A stretch of 64,000 nucleotides of DNA from Octopus sinensis (lineage: Eukaryota): contig NC_043018.1 of NCBI RefSeq assembly GCF_006345805.1, positions 7,626,001-7,690,000 on the forward strand, in the 5' to 3' direction. Below the pieces are notes generated by a model. It saw only the letters and a list, made by a program, of their open reading frames with translations, ran no database searches and was not told the DNA's origin. This document shows positions 24,953 through 63,672 of this stretch, piece by piece; within the stretch, counting starts at the first letter, position 1; every line of letters begins with the position of its first letter. The translations under genes were made by a program, and so were the position numbers.

Positions 24953-25218
24953 TATATATATATAATTTATTTCAGCCATTGGATCAGGGTCATGCCAGGG
25001 TACTGCTTTGATGGTGCTGGTAGAAAAAAAATCAACCCCAGTATTTTTTTTCGTAGTCTGGTATTTATTCTATCAATCTCTGTTGCTGAACCACTAGGTT
25101 ACAGGAATGTAAACGAATCGACAGTTTTTCAAGTGGCTTAGAAGAGGGTGACAAACACACGAACACAAACAGATATATGTTTCATTTAGTTCCATCTACT
25201 TTCCTCAACTTGTATATA

Positions 25219-26086
25219 CGTGGTCTGATCAATAAATATCCGGACTGTAGCCATAGTAACGAAGCTAAAGCACATAGAGTAAAGTCGCTTGGCACAGATT
25301 GACCTTGAACTCAGCTGTGTATGCGCACTAAGTTTTAACGTTCTAGCTCACTTCCGCTATTTACAGCAGTGCTTGGAAGGAAGGTGTGTAGAGTGTGGTT
25401 GTTTCATTGACCATGACAGAAAGTTGAGCAGAGAATCTGCATCAAATTTTGCCAAAAGCTTGGCTATACCTGTTCAAAGGCCTACGCAAAGTTTTCAAAA
25501 TGTTTTTATCGTTCTCGATACAATCAAGGAGATTTTGTGCGACTGAAACCCGAGTGTCTTTTTGGTCAGTTGAAAGCAGTTTTGGCACAAACTTGCCAGA
25601 CATGCGTCTCACATCCAAACCTTCTGTGATGATGGATTGAACTGAACCGTAACTAATCTGCACATCCTCTGATAACTTACGAATGGTGATTCGACGATTT
25701 CCTCTCACAGCTGTGATGTTTTTCTCAGTTCTACTCGTTGCGAGCCTCCTAGAACTTACGATCATATCGACATTTTTTCTGCCATCTTAAAAACGTCTGA
25801 ATTACTCATACACACGTGTGCAGCTCACACACTCCTCTCCATACACTTTCTGCAACTTAGCGTAGACCTCTGAGCAGGCATTGCTATGATAGCTTTCTGT
25901 GTCATGGTCAATGCGATGATCACAGTGCTTCCTTCGAAGCACTGCTGTAAACAGCGGAAGTGGCCTACAACGTTAAAACTTAGTGCGCATGCACAGCAAA
26001 GTTCAATCTTTGCCAAGCGGATTCACTCTGCATGCTTTAGCTTCGTTACTATGACAACAATCCGGATACTTATTGACCAGACCTTG
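25219..26086. mobile_element. Mariner-derived element made of two 5' ends in inverted orientation
   Basis: Both ends carry TIR plus 5' UTR up to cattgaccATGAC; the minus arm encodes ...RRITIRKLSEDVQISYGSVQSII...KFVPKLL; the plus arm encodes a decayed ...EQRICIKFCQKLG. Confidence 0.8.
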
Positions 26087-26119
26087 TGCGTGTGTGCATG
26101 TATGTATATATATATATAT

Positions 26120-26560
26120 ATATATATGGTCTGCCCCCTCGTTATCGAGTATGGCCATTGCGCGAAGCTTAATCAATGTTGTTATCGTGCAATGCCTGTG
26201 CAAGATTTCTTTTTAAAGTGAGGAAAGACTGTGCACTGAGTCAATCCCACTCACTAAGCAACAGCAGCCATAATCCGAAAAGAAGAACAAGTCAACATCA
26301 TCGGTAACCACTGAGCCGCAGGTTTTATGTCGGAGTTATCCCAGTTACCTGAGTTACCTTCACCTAGAAGGATGCCCGAACAAAGGCTAGGAGTCCTTCA
26401 CTCCCAATGAGTTAACCGCGCGATCGGGTATTCAGTCCGATTATTTCTATGTCCCCGCACATGATACAGCTTTAAGACATTTATTGGATGGCCGTTGACT
26501 CTCAAGAGTTCCTCCGCCCTTTGACGGGTTTTGTTTTTCATCCTGCAGGGTGTCCAATAA
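26120..26560 (-). mobile_element. Probable RTE LINE 5' UTR and decayed start of the endonuclease
   Basis: gggcatccttctaggtgaaggtaactc segment resembling RTE leaders, followed by a decayed ...LHDNNID.AS...TR frame; recalled similarity only. Confidence 0.4.
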
Positions 26561-27475
26561 ACACATACACACACACAGTTATTTTACAGATCTTAGAAAA
26601 CTGAAAGACTGCAGCAATAAGTGTGTGAATCTGAGAGGGGAATGTGTTGAACAAAATCATAACTAACTGATCCTCCTCTATTTTTTAACCCAAAGCCAGG
26701 AACTTTTCTGCACCCACTCATATATATATTTCGTTTTTGGATTTGGTTTGCAAGATTCTTTATGTGAGTTCGTGTGTTGAAGCATATTCTATTGTGTCTG
26801 GGGAGAGTTATTCTCTTTTTGAGCCTTATAATTTAACACACTCACTGATAAAATTTCCACTTATTTCCTTCTTTACTTTTCTAAAATTTTCGTTGCATCT
26901 TGCAACTTTTTCAATAGAAAAATGAAATTTTACCGGTGAATGTGTTAAATTATAAGGCACTAAAAGAGAATTACTCTCCCCAGACACAATAGTATGTATA
27001 TATATATACACACACGATGGACTTTCAATGAGAAGGCAATGGTCGGCCTAAGGTTACAGAGAAAGACACCTACCCAAGGTGCTGCACAGTAGGACAGAAC
27101 CTGAAACCGTATAGTTGCAAAGCAAGCGTCTTAACCACTCAGCCATGCTAATGGAAATTAAGACAGAACATAGACAACGGGTTGGACTACTGAATGCAGT
27201 AGTTCAGATTATGAACACATGTTCACAAGTTCAAATCTCACAACAGCCAGTGTCTTTTGGCTGTAGAAAAAGACACCCAAATCTGTTTGCTCCAGGTTAC
27301 AAATTTTGAATGGGTGGGCAGTTTTGGTGAGAGGGTTATATGGTTGAATTACACTTTGCTGTCTTTGTTTACAGTTGCTTGCCACACCTGAGCATGTGTG
27401 TGTGCACACGCGCATGCACATCTGTGTGTGTGCATGTCTGTATGAGCATGCATGTGTGTGTGTGTGTGTCTGCAT

Positions 27476-28238
27476 ACCTATTTCTTTTCTACCCACAAGG
27501 GACTAAACATAGAAGGGACAAACAAGGACAGACACACGGATGAAGTCGATCATATTGACCCCAGTGCGTAACTGGTACTTATTTAATCGACCCTGAAAGG
27601 ATGAAAGGCAAAGTCGACCTCGGCGGGATTTGAACTCAGAAGGTAACGGCAGACGAAATACGGCTAAGCATCTCACCCGGCATGCTAACGTTTCTGCCAG
27701 CTCGCCTGTGTGTGTGTGTGTGTGTGTGTGTGTGCATACCAATATCTTTTCTACCCACAAGGGGCTAAACACAGAGAGGACAAACAAGGACAGACACACG
27801 GATGAAGTCGATCATATTGACCCCAGTGCGTAACTGGTACTTATTTAATCGACCCTGAAAGGATGAAAGGCAAAGTCGACCTCGGCGGGATTTGAACTCA
27901 GAAGGTAACGGCAGACGAAATACGGCTAAGCATCTCACCCGGCATGCTAACGTTTCTGCCAGCTCGCCGCCTGTGTGTGTGTGGTGTGTGTGTGTGTGTG
28001 CATACCAATATCTTTTCAACCCACAAGGGGCTAAACACAGAGAGGACAAACAAGGACAGACAGATGGATTAAGTCGATTATATCGACCCCAGTGCGTAAC
28101 TGGTACTTATTTAATCGACCCCGAAAGGATGAAAGGCAAAGTGGACCTCGGCGGAATTTGAACTCAGAACGTAACGGCAGACGAAATACCGCTAAGCATT
28201 TTGTCCAGCATGCTAATGTTTCTGCCAGCTCGCCGCCC
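27476..28238 (-). mobile_element. Three head-to-tail copies of SINE family 2 (tRNA head, MetaSINE-like core). Single copies at about 3500-3730 (-), 23756-23989 (+), 52240-52410 (-) and 56455-56660 (+)
   Basis: Head ggcgagctggcagaaacgttag ... gagttcaaat(t/c)ccgcc; core gcctttcatcctttcggggtcga; period about 260 bp with (TG)n spacers. Confidence 0.85.
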
Positions 28239-30711
28239 ATACCTTTAAGCAATGTATACCACTGAGGGTTTGTCAACACCAGTGACAACCTGGTACTCAC
28301 AGAACAGAGTCCTTTGCACAGCATCAATTGGTATTTCTTTGTTATTCTCTCACTGCCACAAATAAAACTGACCCCTCCACAAAACACAGAGCAACCAATG
28401 GTGCCACAGTCCACAAACTGGCTGTCATGGATACAAAATAAATAATAAAAAAAAAAACGGTTAAAAAAGAATCATAGAGACAAAGAAGAGACGGAAAGAT
28501 AAAGACGATTTTATTATTTACACCATTTATTTAAAAGATATATTCTTTAAAGATTAAATTGTTAAACTGCGTCCCATGGACATGGGCGGCAATTTAAATA
28601 GCAATTCACAATTTTCTAGGTTGTATGTACATGAAACAAGGGGCGGCGGGGGGAGATGAAGAGGGCGGAAGACAGACAGACAGACATGTTCACACTGATT
28701 AACACAAGCACACACACACTCATACACACACAGACAGACAGAGAGAAGAAACATTGTTGAGATCAGCTTCCAAACAAAAATTACAATGTTGCCGTTGATA
28801 ATGCAATATACAGGTTTCTTGAAAAAAAAGAAAAAAAAGAAGAAATGGCAGTGGGAGATGGGGGGGGAGGAGGAGGAAGAAAGACAGAAAGAATTTTGTC
28901 AGGAATGAAAAGTGGTTTGGTGTCTTGTGTTCTTACTGTTACTTGGTATTGTTAGCGGTGGTGTATATATATATATGTATGTATACATATATATATATAT
29001 ATGTGTATATATATATATGTATATAATATATATATATAATATATATATATACACACACAAACACACAACATATTCATATTTATGTGTGTATGAACATGTG
29101 TGTGTGTTTGTTATACGTTTGTATAGATGTATATACATGTGTATCTATACACATATATATATATATATGGATATGTGTGTGTGTGTGTGCTAATGTATAT
29201 GCATACATGTATGTGTGCATGTGTGTGTATAGGTGCATACACATACAAGACACACACAAACTTATAATGTGTATAATCCATATACACATTCCCAGTTTAC
29301 GCTACATTATTAAAACTTGACTCCTTTCACAACAGATCCATTAATGAAACACCAATTAATGAAACCTCATTAAGCCTCATTAACTTTCTTCCCTCAATCA
29401 ACACTTATTCCAAGAACAAGATAACTCCAGTTGTCAACTCGATTCTGTGCACCCACCACTAAAGGCACTCCAACCATGACTAACACTGTCTTCCAACAGA
29501 CAACCTAGGACTACTTAATAACAATATATCCTTCCTAAATTAAGACAGTAAGATGTGACTTTCGAGAGATTCAACAGTTATTTCTAGCAGATCGAGTGAC
29601 CACATAGGACGGCGCTTCTCAGCCACTTTTTTTTACCAAAGGACACCTCTGATTCCTATTTTACTCAGGCAGGTCATCCATGCCATTCAACATTTAAAAT
29701 ATCGTATTTTTCTATAGTGGAGGCAAGTGGCTTAGTGGTTAGAGTATGAGACTCATGATCATAAGATTGTGGTTTCAATTCCTGGACCAGACCTTGCATT
29801 GTGTTCTTGAGCAAGACACTTCATTTTCACATTACTCCAGTCCACTCAGCTGGCAAAAATGAGTTAGCTTCATTTAGCTTCATTTTTATAGCTGAGTGCT
29901 TCAGCAAAGGCTCCACCAGGCCTTCTCGCCCAAGATACACTGCATGGCTGCAGCGCCCCAACAATCCCCAAGGGGTTAAGGGACTTGTCAATATTTCTAC
30001 AATTAAATACGATTAGGAATTGCATCAAAAAAATTGTTAAAATGTTCTGTGTACAGTAAGAAGTATAACTAGTTTATTGCAGATAAATTTTAACAACAAA
30101 ATCTTATGTGCCCCTACCCCCACCCCAAGGGTCACGTGGACCCCAGCTGAGAACCACTAATGCAGAACAAGCATGGGTAACCCTTTCCAGGATGTAGGCC
30201 ACACGAGACAGAATTCATCATTAGGCAGGCTGCACTTCTAAAGAGAAAGTCGAAGGCAATTTTTCATCCGGCTTGCCATTCAGAAAGTCTCGAAGGCTGC
30301 AGTTTGCCCATGACTAATGCAAAGGTTCCCACACTGACTCATGGTACAACTACTCTGTGTGTGTGTGGGGGGGGGGGGCATCATTTATTGGTTACTACTT
30401 AGTTCCAAGTTAACCTTCTTTACCTGAAGCAAACCGGCAAACACATTGCACCACCTGTGCCAATCCAGTTTTGTTGTTAGGGTCTTACTCTTTACTCTTT
30501 ACTCTTTCACTTGTTTCAGTCATTTGACTGCGGCCATGCTGGAGCACCGCCTTTAGTCGAACAAATCGACCCCGGGACTTATTCTTTGTAAGCCCAGTAC
30601 TTATTCTATCGGTCTCTTTTGCCGAACCGCTAAGTGACAGGGACATAAACACACCAGCACCGGTTGTCAAACAATGCTAGGGGGACAAACACAGACACAC
30701 AAACACACACA

Positions 30712-30763
<52 letters not shown>

Positions 30764-30966
30764 CGACAGGCTTCTATCAGTTTCCGTCTACCAAATCCAC
30801 TCACAAGGCATTGGCCGGCCCGGTGCTATAGCAGAAGGCACTTGCCCAAGATGCCACGCAGTGGGACTGAACCCAGAACCATGTGGTTTGTAAGCAAGCT
30901 ACTTACCGCACAGCCACTCCTGCGTCTCTTTCAAGTACTGCACCATCAAGCATGTCCTTCCTTTAA

Positions 30967-31193
30967 CCCTTCAGCACTTAAAACAGACCCAAACTCAGCC
31001 AAAATAGTCCACCTGTTCCATGTCCAAGCTAACCAGATCCACCCCTTTGCAACCTATCCTACCCTGTCTTTTCTAAGAACAAAACTATCACACCACCAAA
31101 ACCTCAAAGCCATGAGATAATGCAGGACTAATTCAAAACAAAGGGAATAAATAAATATTACATTTTAACATAGTAAATATGAATGCTAAAGGG
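30967..31193. mobile_element. piggyBac-like MITE
   Basis: TTAA|CCCTT ... AAAGGG|TTAA. Confidence 0.7.
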
Positions 31194-31800
31194 TTAAGAC
31201 AGTATGTACACGTGGGAGGAGGAGGGGAGGTGATTCGAGGGAGATTTCACTTGCTACTTCAAGCAGGCTGGGTAACCATCTGGAGGGCTCCCTCATTGGC
31301 AGGTGTCAAAATTAGGAGCTAGAAAGTTGGTAGATTTGTAGAAAAAATAGCGGCATTCAGTAGTTATGCTCTTTGTTGCTGTTGCTGCTGTTCTAGGCTC
31401 AAATTCTGTCACAGATGACTGTTTTTCACCCATCTAAGGGGATGGAGGAGGTAGAGGGAATGAATCAATGAAATACCAGTCATGCACTAGGGTTCTCCTC
31501 ACACACACAGACACACACACACACACATATATATAAGTAGGTGAATGAATTATCCTAGTATTGATAATTCGGTTAATCGATACCTGGGTAGCAAATTCAC
31601 GTCAGAAAACACGGTTGAAGCTACATGCCAAGGGCAGAAACCCTGTGTTCTTGTGTGATAATTTGTGTGTTTTTTTTATATATGAATAAATGAAAGAATG
31701 GAGTCGAACGAAGATTTTAACAAAATTCCTTTACTCTCGACATATGTTTCAAAGACTGCATACTCTCAATTTTTGTTCGTCTTGAGGCTGATTCCTCTGT

Positions 31801-31883
31801 CTTTCCTGATGAGAAGACGGCATAATGCTCCCTTTATTCCTTCGGAATTAAGAGTATGTAGTCTTCGAAACATGTGTTGAGAG
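31801..31883 (+). ncRNA. Type I hammerhead ribozyme fold (canonical CTGATGA...GAAA, GUU triplet)
   Basis: Stem I CTTTC/GAGAG; stem II GAAGAC/GTCTTC with a 42-nt loop; minimal stem III AC-ATGT-GT. Confidence 0.65.
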
Positions 31884-31930
31884 TAAAGGAATTTTGTTAA
31901 AATCTTCGTTCGACTCCATTCTTTCATTTA

Positions 31931-31983
<53 letters not shown>

Positions 31984-32304
31984 CAGTTGTATACTGTCAA
32001 CTTAACGTGACAGTCCCATAAAGGGAATCACACCACCGCCATTTAGCCCTAGGAAGCATCATCGCTTCCTGCAGATGGATGCAGGCTTAGCTGTTGCGGG
32101 TGCTTGTCTCCCCTTTGTAAACATAAGGACACAGGAAAGGTGTCACGGCCGACAGGAAGCGTTGATGCTTCCTAGGGCTAAATAGCGGTGGTGTGATTCC
32201 CTTTATGGGACTGTCACGTTAAGTTGACGGTATACAACTGCTCTATCATTCCACCACTGCTTATATCTCTCTGAGATATTTAGAAATTCAATATAAATAT
32301 ATAT

Positions 32305-32361
<57 letters not shown>

Positions 32362-32367
32362 TATATT

Positions 32368-33589
32368 TACTTTATTTTATCTAGCTTCAGCTCACGAGCT
32401 GTGGTCATGCTGGGGCACCGCCATTTGGTGTTGCTACATGATTTTACTTCACAAATGCTTTTTAGCAATTGCCATTTGGTGCATGAGAGAGTTCGATGCA
32501 GCTGCCCTCATCTGCACCTCCTGCCGTGAAGTTGGTTCATCCGGGACACCTGACAGGAAGAGATCCAGTCCTACTTTAAAGACATCTGCATCCACCCCAT
32601 GCAGGTCTCTCAGGTCCTTCGGGAGGATATTGAAGAGCTGTGGACCTCTGAAGCCCAGGCTATCACAGTATCTTGTCCTACATCTTGATGGCAAATTTGG
32701 AGTCCTTGGCACCATGCAGTGGCGCCCAGTTCTGGCATTTGTGTAACTCTCGATGCCAAAGTTTGGGACAAGTCCTTCCAGGATCTTCCAGATGTATATT
32801 ATGGCATATCTTTCTCGCCTACGCTCCAAGGAACATAGTTTTAATCTCTTGAGTCTTTCCCAGTAGCTTATATGCTGCACAGAGGCTATCTTCTTCGTGT
32901 AGCTTCGTTGAATCGCCTCAAGTTCTGTGATCAACTTGACACTGGATGGTGACCATAGCTGAGAGCAATAGTCAAAGTGGCTTAGGACAAGTGTCCTCCA
33001 GAGGACCATCATGGTTTCTTGGTCTCTTGTTCTGAAGGTTCTAAGAATCCATCCGGTCAGCTGCCTACATTTCATTGCCAATTTAGCAACATGCACATGA
33101 ATGTTGCATCATCACTCATGTAAATACCCACGTCTCGCACTGATTGTGCCTCTGGGATTGCAATCCCTCCAGGTCCAGTGTATTCATTGGGTATTGCATT
33201 TAGTTTTGCATGCTGATAGCATAAAGCTTGAAACTTTTCAGCATTGAACTGCATGCTATTCTTTTCAGCCCACTTGTATATTTCGTCCAGCTCACATTGC
33301 AGGTGCTTAGTGTCTTCAGGGTTCTGTATTGCCTGTGAAACTTTTGTATCATCTGCATAACTTGTGATTGTGGCTCTCTGCATGGCTGAGGGCATGTCTG
33401 AGAGGGCCATTATGAACAGTAGTGGTCCCAAAACAGTGCCCTGCGGAACACCGCTCACTATTTGCGTGTTAATGGAAGTGGGCCCCATTGGCTACTACCA
33501 CCTGACTTCTATCCTTCAGAAAGTCATGAAGCCATTCTCCCAATTTTCCAACTATGCCAAGATCACGCAGTTTGTGACATATCATTCCA
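32368..33589 (-). mobile_element. 5'-truncated CR1/L2-group LINE (RT C-terminal half plus 3' tail)
   Basis: SGVPQGTVLGPLLF, YADDTK, LDEIYKWAEKNSMQFNAEK, FDYCSQLWSP, LERRRERY; two frameshifts; A-rich tail; (TA)n on both flanks. Confidence 0.92.
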
Positions 33590-34439
33590 TATATATATAT
33601 ATGTAGGCACACACACACACACACACACACGAATCTGTGCACACGAGAGGGGATGGGCAAAAACAGAGACAGACAGACAGAAAACTTGTCAGAAAGATAA
33701 ACAGAGAGTTAGAGATGAAAGGAGGTGGGAGGAGTAGAAAATAAGCAAAAAAAAAAAAAAGAAAAAACATTTTCACTTGGTTGTTCTTTCTCACAGATTT
33801 TTCCCCTTCACCACACTACAAGACACTTGCAGAATTAAGTGCACCAACACACAATTGGTACTACCTATTTACCAAATACCTCAGTCCACTGCACACACAC
33901 ACACGCATACACAATGTATGAAAGACAAGGTAGATGTCTGGTTTCGGAGCTCAAGAAAATAAAGGGACGTAACTCTCCATTACACTCACAGCTATAGTAT
34001 TTTCTACCAGTCAACCATCTTTTATACGAGGGACACATAAACCTCCCCTTCCTCCCCTCCGCTCCCCCCTGTCCTTTCTGTTGCAAGCAAAACTTCTGAT
34101 ATGTAGGGAAGGCTGGTTGCCAGGCATGGTACCTGTGATTTTTATAGCTTCTCAACATTAGATTCTCTGGAACAACTTGAGAGGGAGAAAGACTAAGTAT
34201 TTTTCCATGTATGTATGTATAAGGGATGCTTGTATCTACGTATGAATAGGATTGTTTGTATATGTTTGTATATAAAAGGATGTTGTATGTGTATAAAGAT
34301 ATATGTATATGCATATATATACAAATATACACAAATATACACATTATATATCTATATAAACAAATGTCTGCATGTATATAATGATATGTAAGGATATAAA
34401 GAGATGTCTGTACTTATATACAGTAATGTGTGGATAAAG

Positions 34440-34446
34440 ATATGTA

Positions 34447-34544
<98 letters not shown>

Positions 34545-34588
34545 AATGTATATGTGTATATATATATATATAAATGTATATATGTATG

Positions 34589-34634
<46 letters not shown>

Positions 34635-34760
34635 TATGTATATATATATATATATATATAATATATATATATATGTATGTATATGTATATATATATATAT
34701 ATATGTATATAAATGTGTATATATTATATGTATATAAATGTGTTATATATATATATATAA

Positions 34761-34812
<52 letters not shown>

Positions 34813-34865
34813 ATATACATCTATATGTATATATGTAGAAATATATACATATATACACATATATA
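34440..34865. repeat. Long compound (TA)n/(TATG)n microsatellite. Similar tracts at 19540-19785, 28970-29240 and 55773-56125
   Basis: Directly visible. Confidence 0.92.
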
Positions 34866-34962
34866 GTCCTTCAGACATTTGTTGGGCTATTTTTTTTCAT
34901 TTTAACTTTAAAAAATTTTTCACTTTGCATCAGGAATGTGTACTTTGTGACAGGGTATGCTG

Positions 34963-35019
<57 letters not shown>

Positions 35020-35106
35020 TTGGAATTTACAAAAAACAAAAGACGAAGACATGCATGTAAACAACAAACAGGTATATCAGTTTAACACTCAGAAAGGTGA
35101 GAAAGT

Positions 35107-35142
35107 CTTTTACGTTTCGAGCATATGCTCTTCAACGGAAAG
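35107..35142 (-). ncRNA. Degenerate minimal hammerhead motif
   Basis: CTTT-CCGTTGA-A-GAGC(ATAT)GCTC-GAAA-CG-TA-AAAG; core A6 changed to U. Confidence 0.4.
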
Positions 35143-35211
35143 GAACACGAGGAAATAAACAGCGAGAGAATAAAAAAAGAAAGCTTTAGTAGCTAACAGT
35201 CAATATATTAT

Positions 35212-35242
<31 letters not shown>

Positions 35243-35455
35243 TACATATACTATATTTTTACAGGGACAGATGTGCCAGTGACTTGAAAGCGCCAATCTG
35301 CTGGCCGTCGTCAGACTTTCTCAGTTATTAACAGAAAAATAACTTCAAAGTCACTGTCACCCCTTTCTTGTAAAAGTATAATAAATATGTATTCTAAAAC
35401 AAAAAGTATTGAGTAATTAATATAAAATTGTTTTTATTACAACTTGACATAAAAA

Positions 35456-35505
<50 letters not shown>

Positions 35506-36699
35506 CACACCTACATGTATGTATAATCCAGGTATATTGATAAAGTAATTTGTCTCTGTGCATTGTCGATTGTAAGAAGTAATCAATAAATAAATAGAAA
35601 GACAAACAGACAGACAAATAGGCAGACGGGGAGAGATTAAAGTGAGTGGGGGGGGACAATAGGATCAAAGTAGGAAGAGTAGAGAAAGGGTGGGGGGTTA
35701 AAATAAAAAGTCACATTCAAAGAAACACACACACACACATTCACGCATACATATATCACATACATACATAAACATATACACTGACTTGCATACATACATA
35801 CACACACATATATATATACATACATATATATATGTGTGCATATGCAACCAAGGTGATGATGATGATGATGTTGACGATGATAATGATGATGATGATGACA
35901 GTATTATAGAGAAAATATATATAGTAGAAATTGATCAATTGTGTATGAGTGTATGTGTGTGTGTGTGTGTGTTTAGAGAGAATGTGTGTGTGTGTATACA
36001 CATACACAGAGAGAGAGTGTATATAACAGTGTCCAAAAATTTCCACTTAATTTTGGTACAAAAATTAACAACCAATCAGCAATACTTTTCCACTGGATTT
36101 CATCGTTCTCTTACGGCCATCCTGTAGCAGTGCCTTCAAAGAATTTAGTTTTTCAGCCTTCTGGATAGGAACTCAGATTATTGGTTTTTTTATTAATTTA
36201 TTGAAACGGCAGGTGAGCATGTTTTAGTTTTGTTTTAAGTAATTAAAGAGTAATTTAATTAACTTACGAATTTTTACACTTGTTTCAGTTATTTGACTGT
36301 GGTGGTCATGCTGGAGCACTGCCTCAAAGAAATTTTAGTCAAAAAGTAATTTTTACCAAAATCAAGTAAAATTTATGTGGAAACCTCACGTATGTATTTG
36401 ATGATGTGTGTGTGTGTGTGTGCAAGATAGACAATGAGAAATAGAAAGACTTTGTACATAAAAAAAAAAAAGAATATGAGATTAGAAATTTACAAACTAT
36501 TAGTAGAACTGTTGTTTGTTGTTGTTGTTGTTATGCAGTTATTGTAAGTGTTGTTGTTTACGGTGGTGGTGGTAGTGCTGCTGCTGCTGTTCTTGTAATT
36601 GGTGCTGGTGGCGGCGAAGGTGGTTGTGGTGGCGATGGCGGTGGAGACGGTGGCGGTGTTGTTGGTGTTGCTGTTGCTGCTGCTGCTGCTGTATTCATG

Positions 36700-63672
<26,973 letters not shown>

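Noticed and set aside
34404-35158. Tyr/Ile-rich ORFs up to 194 aa
   Set aside because: Translations of (TA)n/(TG)n microsatellites; the same applies to 19495-19850, 28899-29320 and 55672-56254.
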